In this document: positions 39,901 through 63,537 of the stretch, piece after piece
Numbering within the stretch: position 1 is the stretch's first letter
Layout: each line of letters starts with the position of its first letter
Notes under the pieces: generated by a model
The model's input: only the letters and a program-made list of their open reading frames with translations
Told to the model about the DNA's origin: nothing
Database searches by the model: none
Translations under genes and position numbers: made by a program
DNA from: Tubiluchus corallicola
Taxonomy: Eukaryota; Animalia; Priapulida
Reading direction: 5' to 3'
Assembly (NCBI GenBank): GCA_030141605.1
Contig: JAQGDQ010000116.1
Span: 186,001 to 250,000, forward strand
DNA length: 64,000 nt

Positions 39901-40582
39901 CTGTTTCATCTCCAGCTGCATCTTTTAAACACAATAACAATGCATGAACCAACACAAAAAGGTCTTCCCTTGCAAACTCTGGGGTGAAAAGCATAGGAAG
40001 GCCAATAGTAGTCTCTCGCCGTACTACAGGATCATTGCTTTCAACACCATACTTTACCAAAGCATGAAACACTGCTTGAACATTTTTTGTATGCTTCATG
40101 TAGACATGTATCGTTTGTAACACTGCACGACGAATTTTACTGTGACCCAAATTAGAAATAACTTTGGGCAGTACAACTTGCATGCATGCATCAAGTTCTT
40201 GCCCAAACTGCGGAATGAGCTCATTTAGCAGTATAACAACATTATTCCTAATTTCCCATTTAGGATCTGCCAAACCATAACCTAGAGCATTGAAAAGGGA
40301 TAACTTCTGTTCGAACTGCAGTCGCCCTCCATTTTTTCTCAGCTCATTTCGTAGATATTGGAGGATATATGCACGACTGTGCAAACTTTGTTCTACTAGT
40401 TGTTGGATAATTACGTCTTCTTCCATGTTTGGAATAACAAGCACTGCTATTTCTTCAATTACATTTTCAATTTGGCTGTTATATTGACTAGGAACAGTCG
40501 AAACATCAGAAAATAGTTCACCATGCTGTTGAAAAGAGTTTCTATGGTCAGCAGTGAAGCTGGCACTTTTGCCACCCGCCAT
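12028..40582 (-). CDS. TOGARAM1: TOG array regulator of axonemal microtubules (Crescerin/FAM179B/CHE-12 family), 19 coding exons
   Basis: Phase-compatible GT-AG exons: 40582-38633 (TOG1+TOG2: DWKARVQGVEELK, LLDDVNFKV, DGKRKVRHASLE), 29713-29658, 29534-29500, 28174-27701, 27391-27360, 26830-26434, 25844-25740, 25432-25340, 24472-24388, 24165-24061, 23056-22864 (TOG3: WEPKVDGL...VKNLRSQVSR), 19973-19825, 19485-19327, 17846-17720, 16275-16214, 15878-15674 (TOG4: SSDWRQK), 15063-14847 (PRLSDTNSKVN), 13783-13697, 12254-12028 (TGA). Linker exons are less certain than TOG exons. Confidence 0.92.
16416..17271. mobile_element. degenerate TIR element (hAT- or Harbinger-like MITE)
   Basis: CAGGGCCATATTTA at the left and TTAATATGCCCT at the right form an imperfect inverted pair; no clear TSD. 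Confidence 0.3.
18450..19281. mobile_element. non-autonomous Mutator-like (MULE) element
   Basis: Left end GGGGACAGGCCATTTGGTCACAG vs reverse complement of right end GGATACCCAACATTTGGGCACAG; both have periodic subterminal repeats; degenerate 9-bp TSD CTTGTGGTG / CTTGTTGAG (7/9). Confidence 0.6.
21595..22039. mobile_element. possible degenerate piggyBac-like MITE
   Basis: TTAA|CCTTT at the left and AAAGGG|TTGA at the right; TIR very short and decayed. Confidence 0.25.
28255..28352. repeat. imperfect (CAT)n trinucleotide repeat
   Basis: Visible CATCATCAT runs in a TOGARAM1 intron; source of the poly-Met ORF 28201..28410. Confidence 0.9.
33361..33540 (-). CDS. candidate alternative first coding exon of TOGARAM1
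   Basis: 60-codon ATG-initiated frame (MMEVCAARNMSCGKFFACRLG...KTRRDE) ending exactly at GAG|GTATGT in phase 0, matching phase-0 exon 2 (29713, VDRWPEDV). No transcript evidence. Confidence 0.45.
34355..34651 (+). CDS. LYR-motif (Complex1_LYR; LYRM7/MZM1-like) small protein or degenerate retrocopy, nested antisense in TOGARAM1 intron 1
   Basis: gtcATGG start; MVLSKQAKSKILTSYRSLFKTRRNNVNVAKQQITEDLNKHRQVTDVTSFDT aligns by eye with the LYR-family pattern (vL.lYR.L.r...ar..I.eeF.knk..td); 98 aa. Strong polypyrimidine acceptor at 34256 upstream. C-terminal half diverged. Confidence 0.55.
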   Translation: MVLSKQAKSKILTSYRSLFKTRRNNVNVAKQQITEDLNKHRQVTDVTSFDTVCSCTILDFGYCILKAHFISFCWFNIDSSSVDGRTDDVNGLVNVHYV

Positions 40583-40799
40583 GAGGTTGGATTCTCCGAG
40601 TTATGCATTCAGTCATGTAAATGTAATAAAACTGTAAAGGAAATTGAATTATTAGCATTTAATTTACTAGTATCGAATTTATCTAAAGGCTTTCCAGGGT
40701 CTTAGCACATTGGAAAAATTCTTGACTGGTTAATACTCTTCTTCGTGTGTCCACCCAACAGCTTGATTTCAAAAGAAAAATATCTACTGCTATGTGTAT

Positions 40800-41010
40800 G
40801 ATGGTACTAAAGCAAACTGTTAAAGCTTTATCTTAAAAATGGATCTTTGTCTACGCTACTGCACACTACTTTATGCACCCAAAGCCTTTGACAAGGTCAA
40901 TTATGTAAATTGTTTAGAACATTTTACAACATAACTTGCCACCAGATATCATCAAACTACTGCTAAACTTGTATAAAAAGCAACAGATTTGTTTATGTGG
41001 AATAATAGTT
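40800..41010 (+). mobile_element. degenerate non-LTR retrotransposon (LINE) reverse-transcriptase fragment
   Basis: Frameshifted remnants YLKNGS / VYA / KAFDKVNY / NLPPDIIKLLLNLYKKQQ, i.e. the RT 'KAFD' block and the following helix. Confidence 0.7.
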
Positions 41011-42875
41011 AATTTATGTTGTTGCATCAGATATATGTAGTAATAATCGAGATACGTATAACGCTAAAAGTGCAATTTCATGTGTAAGACAGACTGTCTC
41101 TATTAAAGTGCGCTTAAAATGTGGCGAATGACCAGAGTTATCATATATTATTCGTGATTTATATTATAAATGCATTAAAGTGTAAACAGTTCGAATTTTT
41201 GAATAAGAATGAACTCAACCTCATACTAGACTGAATGTATAAAAATTCATTTTTGTAATGTATTCTTTTCCTTGTACTCCGCTTGACTAATTACCACATT
41301 GTTTATTGTGCTTTTTTATTTAAATCATTACAATGTGTAAATATTCTTGACTATGCTACTAAAAAATTGAAACTTGTACTAGATGCAATTTCAAAATAAA
41401 AAATAATAATAATTGCCTAACTAAACACACGATTTGCTGAAATTGAAAACTTTTGCTGGTAAAATAATTCTAGTTTAACACAGGGGAGAAACTTCCATAC
41501 TGTTGCCGTTGACTTCCATGCATTACAATTTTGCAAACCGAGAACTTGAACGTGAAAATTTTCAAAACACCTAATGATGAAACTGGAAAGCAAAGAAATT
41601 TGGCAGATTTGTACGAAAAGCTTATTTCAACTTTAAGCTATTTATTCCTTGTACGCAAAAGAGCAGAAAAGCCCTATTCCACTAAACCAGACAGTGACTC
41701 TTTTGGGTAAATTAGGGCCTTTTTGCAGCACTAATAGGTGAAAAAAATATAAGTAACATAGAACTACCTGTTTGATGACAATGCTATGTGATGTTATCAC
41801 TATTTTTAAAATTTTAAACACTGTCTTTAAATGACGTCGCTTGTGTTATTACCGGAAAAAAGAGAAAAATCTCTAAATGACTTTACTTGCTGTAGGTATT
41901 ATATTTGTGCTAGTATCAGCACTAACCATCCTCTAGTTTCAACCAGCCTTTTAAAAGAATCTATTTTCACAATTTTACTTTTAGTTAATGTTATTTCAGT
42001 TATAATAGAGATTAAGTATAAATACTTATTATAATACTATATTATAGTACATATACATGTACATAATACTACGTTAATGCTAATTTTGGTCGCTAAGTAC
42101 ATGCTGTAACCACTGTTCCCTGACCCTAAAACACAACTAAGTACTTCTTACACCTAGCTGGGAAAGAGCGGTTCCTAGTTGTGCGATTTTAGATAGGCTT
42201 AGTTTGCTATTGCAGCAAATTCCAATAATATTATTAATATCAGTTTTACAAAGTTTACTTCTTTTGCCTGTAACATTTCTTTTTCAATGTCACATCATGT
42301 AAGCACATGGTCACTTTTACTAAATGGTAAGTACTATAGCAAGTTCAAGACAGCGTCTGTGCTATAACAATCAATATTAAAGTCTATCAGTATCAAGGCG
42401 GGAAAGTAGGTGTTTAATCTACCCTGAATTTTGTTGAAAGTGCAGGGAGTTGTTCATAAAATAATAACATGAAATTTCCAAAGCTTTTTCTTTAAGGTCA
42501 CAAGCAAACGTTTTATTTTTACTTATTATGTACTATTATGTGACCGACCTATAATATATATACCCAACTCAACAGTACGTAACAAGGCGATGCGCTCAGT
42601 CATCATACAGTTAAATTTTAGTATTGCCGAAAACCACTTCACAAAAACTATGAACCAAAACCAAAACTGCAAACACGGTGAAAGTTAAATGGTTAACAAC
42701 TATTAGAACCAATGTATGAAACAAAGACGTTTAATTTTAAGATCAACGTTACTAACCAAAACAAACCGAACCAAAAATGCCATGTCGAAATACCCGGATG
42801 TGAAGGCTGTTTGGGAAATCTTCGCGGCACACGCATTTTGCGCAGTGACCACTCTACGATTTTACCAGAACCTCG

Positions 42876-43790
42876 TGTTGGGAGCCGTTTGGACCACTGC
42901 GCCAAGTAGACCACTTAATGCGCTAAAAGTAGTGTCCTACATGGGCAGCCCAAGTAGGACAATAGCGATTTTTGTCGAGAAACTTGCTCTGGCAAAACTT
43001 GTTTCCAGTTTATATTACCATTGTTTATAAGTATTGTTATGACATAATAAAGCTTAAAACAAAATTTCTTTTAGAAATGGATATTCCTTGGCAATTTACA
43101 AATGCATTTCTTGCAATAATTTCATCATTATGATTAACTCCATTAATATATCATAACATTAAACCTAGTATCTAATGCTTTAAAGAGAGAAATTCTGCAC
43201 ACAGTTATTACAGAAATAATTACAAGTCTAAAAATGAGACAGATGCCGCTAAGCGTTCAGGCAACACAAAAAGTAATTTTTAACATTTAGGAAAAGCAAA
43301 GACAATTAGTTTCAATAATATCAATAGTACTGTAACATGTAGGGCAGTGTCGTACATAGCTCGCTAGCCCATGTAGGGCACATAGATCGCTAGAACGTTT
43401 ACTTATAAGAAAACAATTATTTGCCCAAGAGGTAGTGAAACGGATCACCTGTTTGTGAAGTGAGACAAAATCAAAAATGATATACCTTAAACAAATGTTG
43501 AATTCGCAAAAAAGTGGGGTTTTTTCACTTCAACAACATTAATATCGAAACCAAATATAATATTGTCCGTTCTACCAGCTCAGAATAAAATTCTTTAATT
43601 TTATTAGATGTATAATAAATTATTCAACGTGTATTAACGTTTTTAATTATTATTATTACATAAAGAAGCACAACGGACGGTGTCAGTACACTTAACGACT
43701 GAATTCACGACCTGTCTCTAGTGTCCTACTTGGGCAGCCCAAGTAGACCAATTGGTCTACTTGGCGCAGTGGTCCAAACGGCTCCCAACA
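42876..43790. mobile_element. non-autonomous TIR transposon with TGT..ACA ends and 5-bp TSD (Ginger-like)
   Basis: Perfect 38-bp TIR TGTTGGGAGCCGTTTGGACCACTGCGCCAAGTAGACCA; perfect TSD CCTCG at 42871-42875 and 43791-43795; no coding capacity. Superfamily assignment is inferred. Confidence 0.88.
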
Positions 43791-45289
43791 CCTCGTATGC
43801 GTAAAAAAAGTTAACGTTAACGCGAATAAAGAAGTTTCTGATAAAAATCATACGACGAACCTTCAAAATTAACGTCGGTGTCCTACAAAGCGTTTCTCTC
43901 CATGCCTACAAAAGATACTTAGAGCAACAGAAGAAGAACGTAGAAAAACCTTTGAAATAATTCCAAAAAATGAATTTACATTTACATAATGCACATTTAC
44001 AAAATCACATAATTCAATATACAATCGCATACAAAATCACAAATTGCAATAAAACTCAAGACTGGCGTACACACAATATAATGGAAATTATACATGCTTT
44101 ACATAAAAGTATTAATCAATTTTCAAATAATCAAATAATATTAATTAATCAATATTAAAGAATCAATTTTCACGATTTATGGAAATGTTTAATATTGAAC
44201 AGAGCAGCAGTTAACGATATAAAGCTATTTTCACATGCTTAATGTAATATTGGCAACAGTGTAGATTTAATTAGTTTAATGACATATTTGATACAAGGCT
44301 TTTTCCCGTATTGATTCTAAAGATTTGAGAATCTTTTCCGAACACATTTAGGCTAACATTTCCTTTCCTCACGTACTACACAATAATAATATAATAATGA
44401 AAATTGTAAACTTAAAGATTGTACATAATACCATGCATGTTTGTGTACTGTCACTGTGTAGCCGCACTGTAGTGTAATCATATATATCATTGTCCCACCT
44501 TCCTTGATTATCACGCATTTGACCATACTTCATCATACTACAAGTTATCATCATACTTCATCATACTAATTTCACTACAATGATTAATCTACAGATACTA
44601 ACAGTAGAGGAGGCGTGTCGCATGGGGCCTGGGCAACAATAAAATTTAATGTTGCACCTAATTTTTTTATTTTTGTTTATTAAATGTTTAAAGATTCACT
44701 ATAATTTCCCAACTCTCACAATATTTTTTAAGAATCACGAGACAACTATCATTATTAGCAATTAAAACCACTCAACTGACATTACATTTTCTGGTTTTTC
44801 ATCTTACACTTCAGTACTAAATGCGTATAGCTTTTAAAAATGAATGAAGCATAAGAAAATACTGCAAGTTTATATTAGCGTTAAGATATGACAGCAAAAT
44901 ATTTCAAAAATATCTAGTGCATCATCACAAAACAGAACTGTGTGTCACAAAAAAGTCTATTATGCCGGCATAACTAATGCAGCAAATTAACTAGTGTCAT
45001 ATCACAATACTATATCAATTCATTGAACGCCAAAGCCCGCTATAAAAAACCGACTTGAAATGCGTCTAGTACATCTTTGAAACCGTACATCGTTTGTAGT
45101 CCTATAACTTTTTCCGATAATTGTAGAGGTCCTTGACTATAGATAATTGTTTCATGTTTATACGATCGTACAAAAGAAAATAATTACTTCTTTTCTTACA
45201 AAAATTTTAGAAGTTTTGAAAGTTTCGTGGTAATCAGACAGTGAACGAGGTTTCCCACAACAATTTTAGCTAACATTGGATGTAACTCG

Positions 45290-45421
45290 CGCGTCGGCGC
45301 AGATACCAAATGTCTCGCCCTGATATAAAAGTGATTTAGGCACCGGACGGATCGTGCCCAATTAAACGGCCGTGTCAAATTCTTCCTCGCCCAGACAGCC
45401 GGGTCTAAGTGTCCTGTCCCC
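45290..45421 (-). mobile_element. solo terminus of a MULE-like family related to 18450-19281
   Basis: Reverse complement begins GGGGACAGGACACTTAGACCC...AATTGGGCAC, similar to GGGGACAGGCCATTTGGTCAC...AATTGAGCAC at 18450; partner end not found. Confidence 0.4.
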
Positions 45422-45992
45422 ATATTATTTGATGCACTGTACATTCTTTTCTGTTCCATGTTACTTTTTTCTCCTTTCCGTTTCAACAAAATCTGCTGCT
45501 CAATTATTTGGCTAGTCCTTGAACAAACATTATCGTTTTTCATCCAGCGGTCTTCGAATATACTTTCGATATCGATATAATAAGCATTCTGCCCCTTCCT
45601 TTTACCATACATGATTTATATAAAGCAGATTTGTTTAGTAGTGTTCAGCAGAACCAATCAGTGATATTGAATGTAAATGTTCATCTAAATTTGAACATGT
45701 TGCATTTTAAATTAGGACTATGGTTTCCATTTAATTACTTATGTGTACGCAACACACTGTGACAAAATTAATACATTGATGTAACCTACGTAGCAGCAAA
45801 AAAAAAACGAAAACTAAAAGCACTAAACTTTTGAAACTCAGCCAGTTTTGTTGCTTATCTAGCTCTTTTTGAAAAATAAATATTTCAAATTCAGCTTTTT
45901 ATGAAAACTCAAAAACTCACTGAAGACAAATTATTCGCCAAACTAAGAAACTGTGCAACTGTGCCTATGAATTTAAGGTGACAGCTAGGAAT

Positions 45993-46963
45993 GGCTTAGG
46001 TCCATTTCCCAGAAAAAAATTGCCAGATTTTTTCCGGGAAACTTGAAAAAAAATTCCTAGCAAGCTCATTTCACAGAAAAAAACATTTCCCAGAGATTCT
46101 TTAATAGAAAAATTACGGGTACATTTTCAAGTGCTAAATCTGCTATTTTAGTAGGATAATGCCTTCAATTACTTTTTCTCTGATTGCTTCTCTCTCTTTA
46201 CCTCTCTGCCTCTACCTTTTCCTTGTTCCTTTCTCTCATACCTCTTTGCTCTCTCTCTCACTCTCCCCTCTGTCTCTCATCAGAATCATTTAATTACCTT
46301 CAGATAATAACTAAAAGTACATAGCTATAATAATCTACAAAATTTAAGAATGGACGGGATGACGAAAAACCAAAATGTTATCTAGTCTGTAATATCTGAA
46401 TAGTAAGGCTACTATAATGACTGACTGACAAGTAAATCTCTCTCGTCTGCCCTTTCTTGTTCATTCTCACTCCCTCTCAGATTTGTAAATATCTTGGGGT
46501 CAATATTTGGCCAAGAAATTATGCTCATTTGGAAGATTTCTTACAGACTCTTTTATGGCAGAACCTGATCTTAGTTCATTATGAAGATAGTCCTCTGAGA
46601 TGAAATACTGAACAGACAGAGATGTCACAGTCACATTTGGATGCACGTACATGTTCTCTAAGCACCAAGAAATAATTCGGAATCACAGTAACAGTAACTG
46701 CCCAAGAATTTTATTACTAAGCAGTCTCCCAACAAATCAGTTGCCAAGCTTGGCATTGCTTAACTTTGGTTAAAATCAACTACTTTTTATTGCATATTAT
46801 GTAAAAGGAAATTATTACATTTTCTGTTAATTTTATTTTCTGTGAAATGACAGTTTTGTGAAAAAAATTTCTGGGAAATGGCAATTCTGGGAAATGTCAT
46901 TTCTCTGAAATTTTTTTCTGGTATAAAATTTTCCTGTGAAATTTTGGAAAACGAGTCTATCCC
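45993..46963. mobile_element. non-autonomous MULE/Foldback-like element
   Basis: Left arm has repeated CATTTCCCAGAA units and right arm repeated TTCTGGGAAATG units (inverted); degenerate 9-bp TSD GCTAGGAAT / GACAGGAAT; internal CT-rich tract 46170-46280. Confidence 0.7.
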
Positions 46964-47255
46964 GACAGGAATAACAGAGTCGTCAAGGACTCATGGCGTG
47001 TGCTTATAGGGACGCTGAATCTGGAGCTGTTTGTACAATAAAATTAAACTCAAGTTCTGTTCTACAATGATGTTTTACAAACATATAAATACATTTACAG
47101 TCTTACAAATACATGTAAAATTCCCATAGTAATGCTACAATTTATAAAATGCAAGCAAATACTGAATATCATACAAAAAAGTATCACAGTATTTCTCTCA
47201 GTTCTGGTAATTAAACTCACAGCAGCTTAATGAAACAGGTCATTGCTCGCAATTT

Positions 47256-50200
47256 TCATTCTACACATTCTTCCTCACTGGAATTAATTTGTAATTGCAT
47301 GTCACACTCGAACTTGGATATTTTGCCTTTTTTTAATTTCTTAAGCACTCTTGTATCATTTGCTAACTCTTCTAGTTCTTCATCATCTAAAAGATGTTTT
47401 AACCTTTTATTCCTGTCCATTTTTCGCTGAGATTTAAGTTCTTTCTTTTCTTTAGTCTTAGACCATGGAATTGTCTGTCTTACTATTTTTTTCCTTATTT
47501 TCTGTTTCTTCTGTAGATGTGACCGCATAAGTTTATGCTGTCTTTGCTTTTCACGAAATTTGTCCTTATATGCAATTTTCGTAGTATCAATGTCTGCAAA
47601 CTGAGAGAATACCTTTCCCCTAAGTTCTGGCATTTTGGGCATTTGGACTAGACCAAAACCTAAACCAAGCTTTTCGAAATCAAGTTCTTTCAATTGAAAG
47701 ATCAGGCTGCACTCATGCTTGGCATATGATTGTATAAAAGACACAAATGCCTTCATGCCTTTCTCGAAAAATGCTCTGTCTTTTGTTGCCATTTTCCTTA
47801 ACTTTGGCAAGATATCATTGATCACATCCGGTGGTTCATATTGTTCCAAAGTAATCTTCTGATTAAGAGCTATAAACTCAACAAAAGAATCCTCATGTGG
47901 CAATAGGAACAACAGCGCATTACCCGTGTGACCTATTCTTGCAGTTCTTCCACATCTGTGAATAAAGGAATTCAAAACTGTAGGTGGATCATATTGTATT
48001 ACCCAATCAACTTGTGGAATATCAATGCCTCTTGCCATTACATCAGTGCATACTAATACACCACCAGGTTCGTTTCTAAATTTTTGGAATACGTTGTGCC
48101 TATTGATTTTCATCTTACCATGAATAGATAATACCACAACTTTGTTTAGAAGTGCAGATAATGCTTTTGAAAAGTAATCAACAGAAGAGCAGGTGCTGAA
48201 AAATACTATATGTTTTAAACTTTTGTGTTGTCTAAGAAATGCTACTAATGTATTAAACTTTTGATCTGGCTTGGAGATAATAAAGTAATTCTTTAGAGTG
48301 TTGGGAATGCTTTGATCTGCATTTGTCAGTTTATGCTTTTCTTTAACAACAATGAGCATGGGATTACGTAAACCAGCTCTCATTAAAGCCTGTATTTCTT
48401 TATTCTGTGTAGCTGAAAACATTCCCGTCCTCCTCTGCTTTGGCATATAACTTAGTATCATATTGATGCTCTCTTCAAATCCCATGTCCAACAAGCGATC
48501 AGCTTCATCAAGTATCAATACTTCCAAAGCCTTAACACAAACCGACAGATTACAAGGCTGCTGCTTTCGACAAAGCAGATCTACAAGACGACCAGGTGTT
48601 GCGGTAATGATATGTGCACCTTCTGATAAAAACTGTGAGACGTCGGTTGACAGATTCCTCCCACCAATAAGAAGCATGTGCGTAAACTGCAGTGTATAGC
48701 TCAAAAAGTGAGCAATGACCGCATCTATTTGCTGAGCAAGTTCTCTTGTAGGTGTGATTATAACTGCAGCAACCTAAACAGAAATTAGAAAAACAACTAT
48801 TATATTATAAAGACTAACAAAGATAACACTACAGATTCGGCATTGGTGTGACTACTCCAGTTACTGTCTGCACGTACTGCCTAACATTTAACACAAAGTT
48901 TTCGAACTAGTGTAAGTGCATCACTGCTATATCAGTCGAGGTTTGAGGTAGTGGTTTCCATGCCTCATAGGTCTACTGTACGTAGCTACCAAATTCCTGC
49001 CAAAGCCAAAGTTTAGAAAACGTGCAATTATGGTGAATTATTCTCACTACAAACAAGCTGGTGAATGCACCACATTTGGAAGGTACCTGGTGCATGCACC
49101 AATGATTAATTAATCATGATTAGATAAATGTAAAGCATTATGGAAATTGGAACAAAGTAAAAACTGGCAATAATATTAGGCTGGCATTGCAACATGGACA
49201 GTACACTCATTATCACAGCTATACCTCTAAAACAAGACACTGAACCATGTTTTGGTCAAGTTCGGATGTGAATACATTCGTCCTTTATGAGCTAAGCAAC
49301 CAGAACAAATACAGCGAATGAATGAGCACAGAGTCAGACTCTAAGGCTAAGCTATAGGGCGCCGAGTAACCCACTAGCCGAAGTAGGACACTTCTGGTAC
49401 TAGCAATTTCAGTCAAGAATCGAGATCTATGACATAATAAAACATAAAACTAAATTTGTTTTAGAAAAAAGTAACTTTATAATAATGATGGATAGTCCTT
49501 GACAGTTCCATTAATAATTATCATCATAACATTAAACTAAGTACCTAATGCCTTAAAGAGAGAAACTAGGTAGGGCACATTTAGTTTACTTAGTAGAAAA
49601 CAATTATTTGTCAAAGAGGGAGTACAAAGGATCACCTGCCTGTGAAGCAAGACAAAATAAAAAATAAGACGAAATCACCTAAAAGTGCGCTTAATTCACT
49701 TCAAAGATTAATATTGGCAAAATTCTTTTATTTTATCAGATGTATAAAGAATTATTCAACGTGTATTGACGTGTTTAATTATTATTATTACATAAACAAG
49801 GACAACGGACGGTGCCAGTACGCTTAACGACTCAATTCGCGACCTGTCTTTGGTGTCGACAGCCAGCGATGTAAGTAAACAAGAAAGACAATGTTGCTTA
49901 GTCGGTTATGACAATTAACCACTTTATCAATTACATGTAGTTGACGATTCAGATACATCAACTGATTTGGTCAGGCAGCCAACCACATGAAATAGTCAAC
50001 CAGTCAGAAAAAAATCACTTATTAGCACACATGTAGGTTATTTTAGAAGACAAAAAGTGTTGTGCTCTATTTTTTGTACCAACTAATTTTGTTTTTTTGC
50101 ATGCTGTCATAAAATGTTTGTATGGACTTAAAACACTAATTATTCATGAAGAAAGCAGGGCAGAGCACGGACCTAGGGTGTCACATAAGCACACACTAAA

Positions 50201-51200
50201 TATTCTGGTCCTAACTCAGAAAACCAGCAAATAAACTGCAGGTTGAGAATTACTATGCAGAGGTGGACTAATGGCTTCCATTAAGTGCCCTGATATGGCA
50301 ATTCAGTCACAGTTTAGTCAGTTTGAACATTAGGAGTCTTTAACTGTATCAGGATTCAGCTGATTGCCCCCAGATGACTTCGGGTGTGGATGCACTATGT
50401 ATGGTAAAAATGGTGTATTTTGCCTTGACAAGTTTGTAGGTCTTTTGATTTCAGGTGAGTTTAAAATGGCTAGGTCTTCTTATTTTAGTAAGATTAACTC
50501 AGCTTAAACATCAGCTGCATACACCCCAAGTCCCATAGTCTGGTTTGACTTTTGCATGTTATGTACACTTTACAAAGCACTTGTGGCTTGCTATTAATTT
50601 TTGTATTTTCAGTTTTTATTCAACAATCTTACCACTTGATACAGTTTTACCGATTATTGAATTTTTGAAATCAAACTTGATCAAAAGAGTGGAAGCATGA
50701 TTGGATGACTTCATCGAAAACTTTATCTGCAATGTAATAAACTAATATCCCAACACAATGCCTATCTATGATCAATGTCTTTTCAATTCTTAAATTTTAG
50801 ACAAACAAGTATTTCTTGTTCATCACGCCTCTTGTTAATTATTATGAGACAAACAGATCTTCGTAACTGTTTGTAACGCTTCGAGTCTCTGATATAAACC
50901 TAAAAGAAAGTAAAATAATGGCAATGAACCCTAACATGGTGACAACATTAATGAGAATGTATTTAGCACTACCTCGTGATTCTTCGGGGTTACTTCTCGT
51001 CTGAGTAGCATTTCAATTATCGGAATAACAAAAGCGAGAGTTTTCCCACTACCAGTAACTGCTTCGACTGCCACATCTTTATGATTAAGAAACATAGGAA
51101 TGCAAGCAGACTGTACTGGCGTAGGGGTATCAAATTTCAATTTCTTAAGAGCTAAAAGTGTTGTACTACTCAGTTTAATGCCGAATTTAGCCCAATCCAT
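47256..51200 (-). CDS. DDX55: ATP-dependent RNA helicase DDX55 (Spb4 orthologue), 2 coding exons
   Basis: Exon 1 51200-50973 (TPVQSACIP, AVTGSGKTLAF; GAG|GTAGT); exon 2 48773-47256 (TPTRELA, TPGRL, DEADRLL, FSATQ, HRCGRTAR, KAFVSFIQSYAKHECSLIF, MPKMPELRG). The C-terminal motifs are characteristic of DDX55/Spb4. Confidence 0.95.
49375..49857 (+). mobile_element. TIR-less, internally deleted relative of the 42876-43790 element
   Basis: Colinear shared blocks with 42950-43725: AAGTAGGACA, TATGACATAATAAA, CTAATGC.TTAAAGAGAGAAA, GAAAACAATTATTTG, GGATCACCTG, TTATTCAACGTGTATT, CAACGGACGGTG, GACCTGTCT. Confidence 0.8.
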
Positions 51201-51763
51201 TATTATGCCGTGTTCATTCAATTGATTATAAATTAAACACAAGTATGACCGAAAACAAATTAACCATAAAATAATGAACGAAGACAACTAAATTACAAAT
51301 GCAGCAAACACATGTATTGTACTACGATTTTAAGTGCGTGTAACCAGGCGCTGCAGACTGTATAATGATTTTGTGTAGTACGTAAATGGATTAGTATTAA
51401 TACGCCAAACATGTTTGGGTAAATTCTAGTTTTGCATGATCGTACTGTAATTTCATTTTTTTATAAATGAAACTGACATTGCACAAAGTTCATCAACACT
51501 ACTGCTGTCTTAAAAAATTACAAAGCTACAATTTTCACTTAATTTTTTGAGCAAACTGCGCGGAAAAATACATTTGGTTTAAGTGTTACGCGGTTGTTCT
51601 TCTGTAAAATTTCATGATTACGTATAATTATTTTGTTTATTACCGATTTATTTAAAACTCATTATTACCAATCCGCCACTGCTATGCCCGTGTTTCATAC
51701 TATCTATAATTGATCTTCTTGCAGTGTGGTTAAGCCATAACTGTCGCATTAGATAGCTGAAAA
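51201..51763. promoter_or_regulatory. probable bidirectional promoter/5' region shared by DDX55 and CUL3
   Basis: Divergent ATGs at 51200 (-) and 51764 (+); locally CpG-retaining; splice acceptor TTCTTGCAG at 51724 implies a CUL3 non-coding exon even closer to DDX55. Confidence 0.6.

Positions 51764-63537
<11,774 letters not shown>

Noticed and set aside
38901-40487. Several plus-strand ORFs of 62-144 aa
   Set aside because: Antisense shadows of TOGARAM1 exon 1.
41500-41515. GTTGCCGTTGAC as an RFX X-box for the ciliary gene
   Set aside because: Only the left half matches GTTNCC-AT-GGNAAC and the TSS is unknown.
45196-45612. 138-aa intergenic ORF
   Set aside because: Runs across a transposon terminus; no recognisable domain or splice context.
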